Assembly (NCBI GenBank): GCA_965261735.1
Contig: OZ253470.1
Location: 512,001-576,000 of the forward strand
From: Alphaproteobacteria bacterium
GTDB lineage: Bacteria > Pseudomonadota > Alphaproteobacteria > SHVV01
Direction: 5' to 3'
DNA: 64,000 bases
Shown here: in pieces, positions 49,631-59,132 of the stretch
Position numbering within the stretch: position 1 is the stretch's first letter
Layout: the number at the start of each line of letters is the position of its first letter
Program-made: the position numbers and the translations under genes
The notes under the pieces: generated by a model
Seen by the model: the letters and a program-made list of their open reading frames with translations, nothing else
What the model was told of the DNA's origin: nothing
The model's database searches: none

Positions 49631-50530
49631 ATGAACCTTACCGACGACGCCATGCAGGTGTCCTTGCGCATCACCGCCTGGTCCGGCCGGCTCTACGACC
49701 GCCAGGCGAGCAACCACGTCGCCGTCCACCACGACGCCGCGGCCAGCGCCGGGCGCTACAACAAGTGCCTGCTGCCCAAGGCCGCCTTCGCCGCGCTCAC
49801 CGCGACCGTGAGTGCATGCAGGACCGCGCACTATGAAAACACGGTTCCCTGGGACGACCAGGGCTCGCGCCTCCTCACCGTCGCCAACTACGAGCACTAC
49901 ACCGAGCTGATGAACGGGTTCCGCGAGCGCATGGTGCGCGAGCGCGCCCGCTTCATCGAGGACTACGACGTCAACGTCGACCAGGCCCGGCTCGACCTGG
50001 GGAAGCTCTTCCGCATCGACGACTATCCGTCCAAGGAGGCGCTTCAGGACAAGTTCTCGATCCGCTACCGCATCACCCCGGTCCAGGACGCCGAGCAGTT
50101 CATGGCCAAGCTCGCGACCGACGACGTGGACCGCGTCAAGCGCGACATCGAGCACCAGATCGAGGAACGCCTCCACGATGCCGTGGGCGACCTCTACCGC
50201 CGCTTCGGCGAGGCGGTCGAGCGGGTCTCGGAGCGGTTGCAGGAGGACGACAACGGCAAACCGCTCGTGTTCCGCGATTCGATGATCTCGAACATCAGGG
50301 ACCTCGTCGATGTGGTCCCGCGCCTCAACATCTTCGGCGACGACGAGCTCGCGCGCCTTTGCGAGCAGGTGAAGGAGAAGATCGCGAGCATCGAGCCGGA
50401 TTCGCTGAGACCCTCGAAGACCTTCGACCCGGTGGCCCGCGCGCGGGTGAAGCATGACGCCGACGACCTGATGGAGAAGTTCGCGGGCTACTTCGTGACG
50501 CCCGTCGAGGCCGCGCGGGAGGCCGCGTGA
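49631..50530 (+). CDS. DUF3150-like helical protein
   Basis: AGGAG RBS; V.L.I..WSGR..D, LG.LF...DYP motifs; lies between the AAA and vWA genes. Confidence 0.6.
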   Translation: MNLTDDAMQVSLRITAWSGRLYDRQASNHVAVHHDAAASAGRYNKCLLPKAAFAALTATVSACRTAHYENTVPWDDQGSRLLTVANYEHYTELMNGFRERMVRERARFIEDYDVNVDQARLDLGKLFRIDDYPSKEALQDKFSIRYRITPVQDAEQFMAKLATDDVDRVKRDIEHQIEERLHDAVGDLYRRFGEAVERVSERLQEDDNGKPLVFRDSMISNIRDLVDVVPRLNIFGDDELARLCEQVKEKIASIEPDSLRPSKTFDPVARARVKHDADDLMEKFAGYFVTPVEAAREAA

Positions 50531-51876
50531 TGGCCACCCGCGTGCAGATGGAGTCCGCGCAGCGCACCAGCGACTGCGTGACCGAGCTCCTGCGCAAGCA
50601 GCCCTTCTTCGGGAGCCTGGCGCTCAGGCTCCCGCTCCGCGCCGATCCGAGCCGGGAGACGCTCGCGAGCGACGGGCACGAGATCCGCTACTCGCCCAAG
50701 TGGGTGGCCGACACCGACGCGCATGTCATCGAGACCGCGATGGCGCGCGTCGTAATGGCCTGCGCCCTGAAGCACCACACGCGCCGGGGCGAGCGCGACC
50801 CCGAGCGCTGGCAGCTCGCCTCGCAGCTCGTCACCCACGCGCTGCTGCGCGATTCCGGCTTCACCCTGCCGCCCGACGCCGAGGCGTGGGACGGGGTGAG
50901 TGTCGAGCAGGCCTACGAGCGCCTCCCGGAACCACAGGAGGACGATTCCGGCGGCGACAGCGGTTCGCCTTCCGTTGGTGGCGACATGGGTGCCGGCGCG
51001 GCCGCCGCCTCCGGTGGAGGTGACGAAGGCGCGGCCGACAGCCCTTCCGATTCGTCCGGCGAAGGCGACGGCGATACGCAGGACGGCTCGGGCGAGGGCG
51101 GCGACTCCGATGCGCCGGCGAGCCACGATCCTTCCGGCACCGGCGAGATCATGGACGCGGGCGCCCGCGGCGACGGCAATGCCGGGGACGGCGAGGCCCC
51201 GGTGGACGTCACCGCCGAGGAGCAGACATGGGACGAGGCCATGCACCAGGCCATGAACCTCGCCAGGGCCGAGGGGAAGCTGCCGGGCGGGGTCGAGGAG
51301 ACGGTGCGAAACGCCCATGCCAGCACCCTCGATTGGCGGACCCTCCTGCGCCGCCACATGACCGACGCCGCGCGCCGCGACTATAGCTGGAGCTTCCCGA
51401 ACCGGCGCTTCATCGACGGCGGGCTCTATCTCCCCTCCATACGCTCGGAGGGCATCGACGCGATCGCCGTCATCATCGACACCTCGGGCTCGCTGCCGGC
51501 CCAGACTCTCGCGGACTTCTGGGCCGAGGTGCGCGAGGTCGCCACCGAGATCCAGCCCGAGAGCGTCCACATCCTCCAGGTCGACGCCGCTCTTCAGGAC
51601 GCCGCCGAGTACGCCGCCTACGATCTGCCCGACGAGATCGTCATCAAGGGCCGGGGCGGCACCGACTTCCGGCCGGGCTTCGCCTGGCTCGACGAACAGG
51701 GCATCCAGCCCAGCGTGTGCCTCTATCTCACCGACATGCTGTGTTCCAGCTACCCCGACGCCGAACCTGCCTTTCCGGTGCTCTGGGTGAACTACTCGGA
51801 GCCCCCCGGCGACTGGAACCGCGAGCCCTGGGGCGAGCGCATCGACATCGCCCCCGACCGGAGGGCCTCGCCGTGA
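50527..51876 (+). CDS. DUF2201-type peptidase-like + vWA protein, peptidase site degenerate
   Basis: PFFGSL, T.A.DG..I.Y, acidic Gly linker, MIDAS DTSGS, GRGGTDF.P, YLTD. Confidence 0.85.
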   Translation: MMATRVQMESAQRTSDCVTELLRKQPFFGSLALRLPLRADPSRETLASDGHEIRYSPKWVADTDAHVIETAMARVVMACALKHHTRRGERDPERWQLASQLVTHALLRDSGFTLPPDAEAWDGVSVEQAYERLPEPQEDDSGGDSGSPSVGGDMGAGAAAASGGGDEGAADSPSDSSGEGDGDTQDGSGEGGDSDAPASHDPSGTGEIMDAGARGDGNAGDGEAPVDVTAEEQTWDEAMHQAMNLARAEGKLPGGVEETVRNAHASTLDWRTLLRRHMTDAARRDYSWSFPNRRFIDGGLYLPSIRSEGIDAIAVIIDTSGSLPAQTLADFWAEVREVATEIQPESVHILQVDAALQDAAEYAAYDLPDEIVIKGRGGTDFRPGFAWLDEQGIQPSVCLYLTDMLCSSYPDAEPAFPVLWVNYSEPPGDWNREPWGERIDIAPDRRASP

Positions 51877-52289
51877 TCCGCACGATCCACGGCGCTCCGG
51901 CCGAGGCGCTGAGACAGGCACTCGAAGCCCTGGCCGGACTCTCGTTCTGGATATCCTGGACCTCCGACCCTGACCTCGGGCCCGAACCGTTCGTCAGCGC
52001 CCGCTGCATGCGGGACGCGGCGAATGCGCTCCGCAAGGCCGCGAGGCTCCTCGACGACGCCGCAGACCGGGCCGACCCACCGCCCGAGACCGCCCGGCGG
52101 GCGACCGCACCCGGCTCCGGCGCTGCCCCGGAGGACACCTCCGGGGGCGGCGCCGGCCCTCCCGCCGCCGACACCCGGGACCCGTGGGAGCACCGAGCCG
52201 AGGCGGAGCCGAGCCCGGCCCGGGCGGGCGAATGCCGGCCGGAGAGGGCCGCGTTTGCCCCGCCAATCCGTTCATCCATGGAGATTCGC

Positions 52290-54830
52290 ATGAATCACAC
52301 CACACCTCCGCCCGAGCCGCTCATCCGGGAGGTCCCGCTGAGCTGCCTCGCGCTCGCGCCCGAGAACGTGCGCAAGACCCCCGCCAACCAATTCGCCGAG
52401 GCCGAGCTCGTGGCCTCCATCAAGGCGCACGGCCTGCTGGAGAACCTCGTCGCCCGCGCCGACGATCCGGCCCCGGACGGCGCCGTGCGCTTCGCCGTCG
52501 TCGCCGGCGGGCGCCGCCTTGCGGCCCTGAAGGCGCTGGCCGAGGACGGCACCCTCGATGCCGACCATCCGGTGCCGTGCAAGATCGCCGCGAACGGCAA
52601 CGCCGGCGAGCTCTCGCTCGCGGAGAACGTCATCCGCATCGCGATGCACCCCGCCGACCAGGTGGTCGCGTTCAGCCAGCTCGCCCGGTCCGCCATCACC
52701 GTCGCCGCCATCGCCGCGCGCTTCGGCGTCACCGAGCGCCTGGTCGAGCAACGGCTCCGCCTCGGCAACGCCGCGCCCGAGCTGCTCGACGCATACCGCG
52801 CGGACGACATCGACCTGGAGGTGCTGAAGGCGTTCTCGGTCACCACCGATCACGACCGACAGCGGTCCGTGTGGGAGGGGGTGGCGAGCCAGGGCTACCG
52901 CCCGTCCGCCTGGCAGGTGAAGCGCATGCTCACCGAGGAACGGGTGCCCGCCGGCTCGCCCATGGCGCGCTACGTCGGCGTCGACGCCTACGAGGCCGCG
53001 GGCGGCCCGGTGCTGCGCGACCTCTTCGCCGACGAGCACGAGAACGGCGTCTGGCTTGAGGACCCGGCGCTGCTCATCGAGCTCGCCATGAAGAGGCTCC
53101 AGGCGGCCGCCGACGAGCTCTCCACCCGCTGGAAGTGGGCCGAGCCGATGGCGGACGTCGACTGGAGCACCACCGCGCGTTTCGGGCGCATCCATCCCGA
53201 GCCCGCCGAGCCGACCGACGCCGAGAAGGGCGAGATCGAGAAGCTCCGCACCCGCCACGACGAGCTCGCCAACATGGACGAGGACGCGTGGACGGACGAG
53301 CTGGTCGAGGAGGCCGAAGGCATCGAGCCGCGCCTCGACGAGATCGAGGCCCAGGTCGAGGCCCGCGCCCGGTTCAAGCCTGAGGACTTCGCGATCGCCG
53401 GCTGCATCGCCACCATCGGGCGCGACGGCTCGCTCCAGGTCATCCAGGGGCTGGTCAAGCCGGAAGACATGCCGAAACCGGCGGAGGCCGCAGACGCCGG
53501 CACCGGCACGGAGTCCGCGCATGGCGACGACACCGATACCGGCACCGATTCCGGCCGCATCGCCGGACCGGCCATGTCCACGCCGATGCAGTTGCCGAAG
53601 GACCGCGAGGCCGAGGCGCGCAAGGAAGCCGGCGTCGGCATCGGCCTCGGCGACGATCTGCGGTCCATCCGCACCGCGCTGGTGAAGGCGCATCTCGCCA
53701 ACGACTTCGAGGCCGCGTTCGACCTCATGGTGTTCCAGCTCGTGCGCGCTGTGTTCGCGCAGGGCTACACCGGCTCCTCGCACGCGCTCGACATCGCCTT
53801 CAACGAGACCGCCGACCGCCCCACGACGCGGACGAACGACGACGAATTTGCGGCTTGGAGCCCGGGCGAGGCCATGCTTGGCGATTGGTCCCACCTCCCG
53901 TTCGAGTGGATGGAGGGCGACAACGACGCGGCCTGTTTCGCGGCGCTCCGGGAACTGCCCCGGGCGGACAAGGAGAAGCTGTTCGCGGCCGCGGTCGCAC
54001 GGACGGTGAAGGGCCAGCTCGCCTTCGAGCACGGCGCGCGTCCGGAGCTCGAAGCCACCGTCGCGCGGCTCGACATCAACTTCGCGAAGCACGTCCGGCC
54101 GACCGCCGACATGCTGTGGTCGCGCATCAGGAAGGACCGCATCCTCGACGTCGCCCGCCAGACGCTCGGCACCGCCTGGGCCTCGGCCCGGTCCAAGTAC
54201 AAGAAGGCGGACCTCGCCACGGCGATGGAGAAGGCGTTCGCGGCCGGCACCCCGCCGGTCGGTATCGGCGCCACGGCGCACGCCGCCGCCCTCGCCTGGA
54301 CCATGCCGGGGTTCGCGGCGTTCGATACCGGCGGCGTGGACGACGACACCGCGGCGGAAGCGGCCCCCGCCGACAGGCCGGCGGACACCCCGGACGCATC
54401 CGGAGATGCCAACCCCGCGCCCGCCGACAAGCCCCGCAAGACCTCGGTCGTCGAGAGCATCGAGTCGCCTGCCATCGCCGAGCAGCGCGCCGCCGCGCTT
54501 GCGGCTGCGACTTCGGACGGGACCGGCGAGTCCGCCGCCGCCCCGGAGCCGGACGGTGGTGAGGCCCCTGAAGGCCCTGCCAACGGCAACGGCCATGACG
54601 TGTCCACCGTCGCGGAGGGCGAGGCCGGCCCGGAGCCGGTGAACGGAGGCGGCGAGGGCGAGGACGGTCCCGCCGACCCGTCGGTCGCCGACCCCATCGA
54701 CGCGATGAACGCCGTCCCGACCGCCGATGGCGGGCCCAGGGTGATCGTGCAGACCGTCGCTCCCGTCAACGGCCGCGAGGCCGGCGCCGACCCGCTGGAG
54801 ATCCCCGAGTTCCTGCGCCGCGTCCACTGA
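52290..54830 (+). CDS. ParB/Spo0J-family protein of ICE/plasmid type with a long C-terminal extension
   Basis: NVRK, L.ASI..HGLLENL, VAGGRRL.AL, SLAEN..R..MHPAD, DLF; GGAG RBS; frame is also open from GTG 51873. Confidence 0.88.
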   Translation: MNHTTPPPEPLIREVPLSCLALAPENVRKTPANQFAEAELVASIKAHGLLENLVARADDPAPDGAVRFAVVAGGRRLAALKALAEDGTLDADHPVPCKIAANGNAGELSLAENVIRIAMHPADQVVAFSQLARSAITVAAIAARFGVTERLVEQRLRLGNAAPELLDAYRADDIDLEVLKAFSVTTDHDRQRSVWEGVASQGYRPSAWQVKRMLTEERVPAGSPMARYVGVDAYEAAGGPVLRDLFADEHENGVWLEDPALLIELAMKRLQAAADELSTRWKWAEPMADVDWSTTARFGRIHPEPAEPTDAEKGEIEKLRTRHDELANMDEDAWTDELVEEAEGIEPRLDEIEAQVEARARFKPEDFAIAGCIATIGRDGSLQVIQGLVKPEDMPKPAEAADAGTGTESAHGDDTDTGTDSGRIAGPAMSTPMQLPKDREAEARKEAGVGIGLGDDLRSIRTALVKAHLANDFEAAFDLMVFQLVRAVFAQGYTGSSHALDIAFNETADRPTTRTNDDEFAAWSPGEAMLGDWSHLPFEWMEGDNDAACFAALRELPRADKEKLFAAAVARTVKGQLAFEHGARPELEATVARLDINFAKHVRPTADMLWSRIRKDRILDVARQTLGTAWASARSKYKKADLATAMEKAFAAGTPPVGIGATAHAAALAWTMPGFAAFDTGGVDDDTAAEAAPADRPADTPDASGDANPAPADKPRKTSVVESIESPAIAEQRAAALAAATSDGTGESAAAPEPDGGEAPEGPANGNGHDVSTVAEGEAGPEPVNGGGEGEDGPADPSVADPIDAMNAVPTADGGPRVIVQTVAPVNGREAGADPLEIPEFLRRVH

Positions 54831-54911
54831 CCGTCCGCCATGGCAAGCGCCCCGTCCCGAACCCCTCCGGGCGGGGCGCTTCCTTTTCCGCATTCATCAT
54901 GGAGAGCGCAC

Positions 54912-56666
54912 ATGAACGACACCGCGACCATCCGTGCCCGCATTCACGACAGCGCCATCAGGCGCGTCACGAGGACGTTCGCCGCCACCCTCGCGGATAT
55001 CTTCACCGAGACCTTGCAGAACAGCCGCCGGGCCGGCGCCACGCGGGTCCGCGTCGCCGTCACCGGCCCGGCCGATACCGGCCCCCTGACCGTCACCGTG
55101 ACCGACGACGGCGCCGGCATCGCCGATCCCGCCGTCCTGCTGTCGTTCGGCGAGAACGGCTGGAGCGAGGACCTGGTGCGCCGCGAGGATGCCGCCGGCA
55201 TGGGCATGCTGAGCCTCGCGCGCCGCGGCTGCACGGTCTCCTCCCGACCGCGCAGCACCGATGGTTCGGCCGCGCCCGGCTGCCGCGTCGAGCTTGCGCC
55301 GGAGCATTTCCTCGGCGAGGCCGCGGCCGAGGTTCACCCGGACGATGGCGCGCCCTGGCCGCACGGCACCGCCGTCACGTTCCAGGCCACCGAGTCCGAG
55401 AACGCCACCCTCATCCGCGGGGCGATCGGCACCGCCGCATGGCACTATCCGCTGCCGGTCGTCTTCGAGAACGTCCCGACCACGCCGGCCGGCGGCGAGG
55501 AGTTGGAACGCCGCGCCTTCCTCGACGGCGCGCTCCATGCCGAGCGCTGGCCCGGTCTCGTTTTCGGCGTGTACAAGGACCGCTGGAACGGCTTCGGCCT
55601 GAACGACCCCGACGTCAACTTCCACGGCCTCGCCGTCTCGGTCCGCCTGCCGAGCGTCGAGACGGTGGCGGGCGCGCGCTGGTCGGTCGCCGCCGACATC
55701 GTGGACTGTCCCGAGCTGGAGCTCGTGCTGCCCGCCCGAAAGGAAGCCGTCGAGACCCCGTTCCTCGACGAGATGCGCGAGGCCGCACGCCTTGCCGTCT
55801 ACCGCGCCATGGCCGCCGACCCGGACCCGCGCCCTTCCTTCGCAGACCGGAAACGAGCGCACGAGGCCGACATCGACATCGCCCCACCGCCCGCCGAGCT
55901 GCGGCCCTGGCGCCCCGGCCTCGCCGACGTCGACGATTGGCGCGAGCCGCCGAAGCGCCAGCCGGTGGGCCCCGACGCGCTCCTCATGGCGTGCGACCCC
56001 GAACCGCCCGAGGCGCAGGCGTTCTGGCGGGCCGCCGAGCGCAACGGCGTCGCCGGCCGGCTGTTCGAGCCCGACCGCCGCCTGGAGGGCTACGCCTGGT
56101 ACGACGCGATCGCGCGCGTCGCCGCCATCCACATCGAGATCACGGCCGATGGCAGGACCTGCGCACTCGACGCGTACGCCCCGGCCGGCGGCATCCACAG
56201 GCGCGAGGAACCCGTGCAGCAGCGTCCCGCGGCGATCCGCATCGGCCTCGCCGTCACGCCGCACGAGGGACCCCGCCGCATCCTCGACCTCGACACCGAC
56301 GTCGCCTTCGCGGGCGAAGCCTGGTGCTGGGCGGGCGACGCCCTGCCGCTGGTCACCGCGGACAGCGACATCGAACCCTGGCAGCTCGCGCAACTCGTGC
56401 GTGTCGGGTTCTTTTCCGCCAGCGACGATGCCGACGCGGATTCGTGGGAGACCCAGCGGACCGCCTTCGAGCAGGACGCGCTCCACGCAGCGACGAAGCT
56501 ACTGGTCTCGGACGACGAGGCGCGACGCACCACGATCGCGGATGCCGTCACCCGGGAGCTGCTCTGGCTCATCCCCCACGACCGGGGCGCCGACATCTCC
56601 GTGCGCGACCGCAAGGTGACGGTGACCCTCGGCGAGCCCGTTGCAGAGGCCGTCGTCGGCGGCTGA
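54912..56666 (+). CDS. GHKL (HATPase_c) ATP-binding protein
   Basis: E.LQNSRRAGA, VTDDGAGI, GMGMLSL, GT.V.F. Confidence 0.8.
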   Translation: MNDTATIRARIHDSAIRRVTRTFAATLADIFTETLQNSRRAGATRVRVAVTGPADTGPLTVTVTDDGAGIADPAVLLSFGENGWSEDLVRREDAAGMGMLSLARRGCTVSSRPRSTDGSAAPGCRVELAPEHFLGEAAAEVHPDDGAPWPHGTAVTFQATESENATLIRGAIGTAAWHYPLPVVFENVPTTPAGGEELERRAFLDGALHAERWPGLVFGVYKDRWNGFGLNDPDVNFHGLAVSVRLPSVETVAGARWSVAADIVDCPELELVLPARKEAVETPFLDEMREAARLAVYRAMAADPDPRPSFADRKRAHEADIDIAPPPAELRPWRPGLADVDDWREPPKRQPVGPDALLMACDPEPPEAQAFWRAAERNGVAGRLFEPDRRLEGYAWYDAIARVAAIHIEITADGRTCALDAYAPAGGIHRREEPVQQRPAAIRIGLAVTPHEGPRRILDLDTDVAFAGEAWCWAGDALPLVTADSDIEPWQLAQLVRVGFFSASDDADADSWETQRTAFEQDALHAATKLLVSDDEARRTTIADAVTRELLWLIPHDRGADISVRDRKVTVTLGEPVAEAVVGG

Positions 56667-56825
56667 CCCCGGCCCCGGTTGGCGAGCGCCGACACGCCAT
56701 CCACTGCCACCACCAGCCCCCGGCCGCCCGGAGACCGGCCGGCGTCCGTCCGGACGAGCGAAGGTCGGGGCGCGGGAGCGTCCCGTCCCTCCACGTCCCG
56801 TCCTCATCTCAGCGGAGGCCCGACA

Positions 56826-57047
56826 ATGAAACCCCACACCGATCCCCTCACGGCTCCCGCCGGCATCCCCGCCGCGCCGCCCAGCCCCGCCGACGAGGCG
56901 AGGAAGCGCGCCATCGCCCAGGCGCTCTGGACCGAGATCCACTGGCTGATGCCAACCGACCGCGCGGTCACCATCACCGTCGACGGCGACGACATCCGCG
57001 TCTCGTTCGGTCCGCCCGGCCCGGGCAGTTGCCCGGCTTCGCACTGA
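56826..57047 (+). CDS. Small hypothetical protein
   Basis: GGAGG RBS; ELLW/EIHW-like segment resembles the C-terminus of the preceding GHKL protein. Confidence 0.5.
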   Translation: MKPHTDPLTAPAGIPAAPPSPADEARKRAIAQALWTEIHWLMPTDRAVTITVDGDDIRVSFGPPGPGSCPASH

Positions 57048-57138
57048 CGGTCCGGGGGGCATCCCACCATCCCAGCGGCGCTCCGGCGCCCCTCCATCGA
57101 ACGCCGTTGAAGCGTTCGCCACGAGGCAGGCATACCAA

Positions 57139-57477
57139 ATGAAAATCACCCGAGACTTCCGGCCGCTGTCGGACCGCTACAGCTTCGACTGCGGCCCGTG
57201 CACGACCGCCAACGGCTTCGCGCAAATCGACACCCGCCAGGACGCTTCGTATTACGGCACGTGGTGCTCTCCGGCGAAGCGCACGATCGTGAACTTCTGC
57301 GAGGGCGACGTGACCACCACGGTCTGCGAGACCGACGCCGAGTTCGTCCGGCAAGTCCGCGAACTGGCCGCGTGGAACGACGAGAGCGGCTACGGCCCGA
57401 TGAAGATCGACGCCGTATCCCACGACGGATTGCGCCAGGCGTTCGAGACGCTCGGCCTCGCCGACCTGTTGCACTGA
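57139..57477 (+). CDS. Hypothetical protein
   Basis: Clean ORF with GC3 bias (DRYSFD, Q.DT.QDASYYG.W, EGD). Confidence 0.65.
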   Translation: MKITRDFRPLSDRYSFDCGPCTTANGFAQIDTRQDASYYGTWCSPAKRTIVNFCEGDVTTTVCETDAEFVRQVRELAAWNDESGYGPMKIDAVSHDGLRQAFETLGLADLLH

Positions 57478-57545
57478 ACGCATTCCACCGAGGGGCGCGG
57501 CTGCCGCCAGCCCCACCGATCCCCTGCAATGCGAGGAGGAGCCTC

Positions 57546-58052
57546 ATGCCCAGGACAGAGACCGCGACATGCCAGGACTGCGGCTGGCGGGGTCCGGTCG
57601 AGGACACCAAGGAGTTCCGCCATCTCTACGAGCGCGTGCATCCGGGCGATGTCATGCCGGCCGGCGACTGCCCGGTGGAGGGCTGCGGCGGCGCCGCGAT
57701 GCTCGACGATGAGCGCCGTGACGCGGACGATCTGCGCCCCGCGATGGTCGCGCTCATGCTCGGCCTCGACCGGCTTCACGAAAGCATTGGCACGGGCGAT
57801 CCGCGCGCGCCGATCGGCGCCCACGTCAAGGAGCTTGCCGACTACGCCCGCAAGGCGCTGGCGGCCGGACCCCGGCTGCAACCCGTCTGCAACACCTGCG
57901 GCGGTGTCGGCGTCCAGGTGGATGCGTGGGCGTGCTGGGATGTCGATACACAGCGCTGGGTGCTGCACAGCACCTATGAGGCCGCCGCCATCTGCGCCAA
58001 CTGCGACGTCGAGTGCAGCTACACCATGAAGCCCGTCGCGGAGGCAGCGTGA
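57546..58052 (+). CDS. Cys-rich Zn-ribbon hypothetical protein
   Basis: GAGGAGG RBS; CQDC, CPVEGC, CNTC, CANC. Confidence 0.65.
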   Translation: MPRTETATCQDCGWRGPVEDTKEFRHLYERVHPGDVMPAGDCPVEGCGGAAMLDDERRDADDLRPAMVALMLGLDRLHESIGTGDPRAPIGAHVKELADYARKALAAGPRLQPVCNTCGGVGVQVDAWACWDVDTQRWVLHSTYEAAAICANCDVECSYTMKPVAEAA

Positions 58053-58390
58053 TGGCCGGCAGGAGCGCGTTTGACTTCGCCGGCAACCGCATCATCCGCC
58101 AGTCCGAGCCCAAGAGAATCGGCAAGCACGAATGGCGGCTGACCCTCTACCGCTCGGAGCACCACGATCGCCCGCTCATCGGCTACGAGTGGCGCCGCGC
58201 CGACCGCTCGCCGATCCGGCGCAAGTGCCCCGGCGGCGTCTACTTCCTCGACGGCTCCATATGGATGCGTGACGAGAACTGGCCGTCCTACAACCACAAC
58301 GACGGCCAGTACGCGGGCATGCCGCGCACGCTCCGCAAGCTGTGGGAGCAATGCCGCTGGGCGCAAACGCGCGAAGCGTCCCCGGCCTGA
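58052..58390 (+). CDS. Hypothetical protein
   Basis: TGATG coupling with the upstream gene. Confidence 0.55.
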   Translation: MAGRSAFDFAGNRIIRQSEPKRIGKHEWRLTLYRSEHHDRPLIGYEWRRADRSPIRRKCPGGVYFLDGSIWMRDENWPSYNHNDGQYAGMPRTLRKLWEQCRWAQTREASPA

Positions 58391-58559
58391 CCTTCTGCCT
58401 GCGCGCCTCTCGCGGCGTCCGCACCGGGCGCCGACACCCTCGCGAGCGAGGGTAACCGCCCCGAGCGCCCGCCCGCCGCACGCGCCCAACCCCGCGCCCC
58501 GTCCCGGTCCGTCCCGGGGCGGGGCGTTCGTCTCTCCGGCACCAGGGAGGACTCCACCG

Positions 58560-58898
58560 ATGCCCGACATCGACATCCACGCGTCCACCGCGCCCGCCGG
58601 CCCGCCGCCGGCCATCAACCCGATGGACCCGGCGCGCGGCGACAACCTCTCGTCCGCCTTCGCCGCGGTGCTCGCCTGGGCAATCGGCCGCCCGGCGATG
58701 ACCGAGCCCGCCATCACCGGCGTCGTCGTCAGCGGCGGGTGCGTGTTCGCGGCCACCTCCGCCTCGCCCTTCCACGACACCCTCATTGGCTCGTGGCCGG
58801 ACCTCGAAGCCAATCTTCGCGCCTGGGGAGACGCGTGCGCTGCCGAGCCCGCGATGGTCGACAACCTCGTCGCGAAGGTTCGGGGAGCATCCCGCTAG
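58560..58898 (+). CDS. Hypothetical protein
   Basis: GGAGG RBS; ATG 58560. Confidence 0.55.
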   Translation: MPDIDIHASTAPAGPPPAINPMDPARGDNLSSAFAAVLAWAIGRPAMTEPAITGVVVSGGCVFAATSASPFHDTLIGSWPDLEANLRAWGDACAAEPAMVDNLVAKVRGASR

Positions 58899-59132
58899 GC
58901 GCCCCGCACACCGACCCGGCGGACGTCCGCGCGGGAAGTCCCAGCCCCATCGCACCCGGCCGCACCCGCACTGCGCGGCGCCGGAGCGCCGTCCCCGCCT
59001 GATCCCGCGCATTTCCGCTCCGCGCCATCCCGAGGCGAGGCAGCCGTCCGGGGGCAGGCCCGGCGAAGCGGCACGGGAGAAGCCACCCGCGCCGCGACCG
59101 GCGGTTCCACGCACACCAATCCGGAGAGACCC

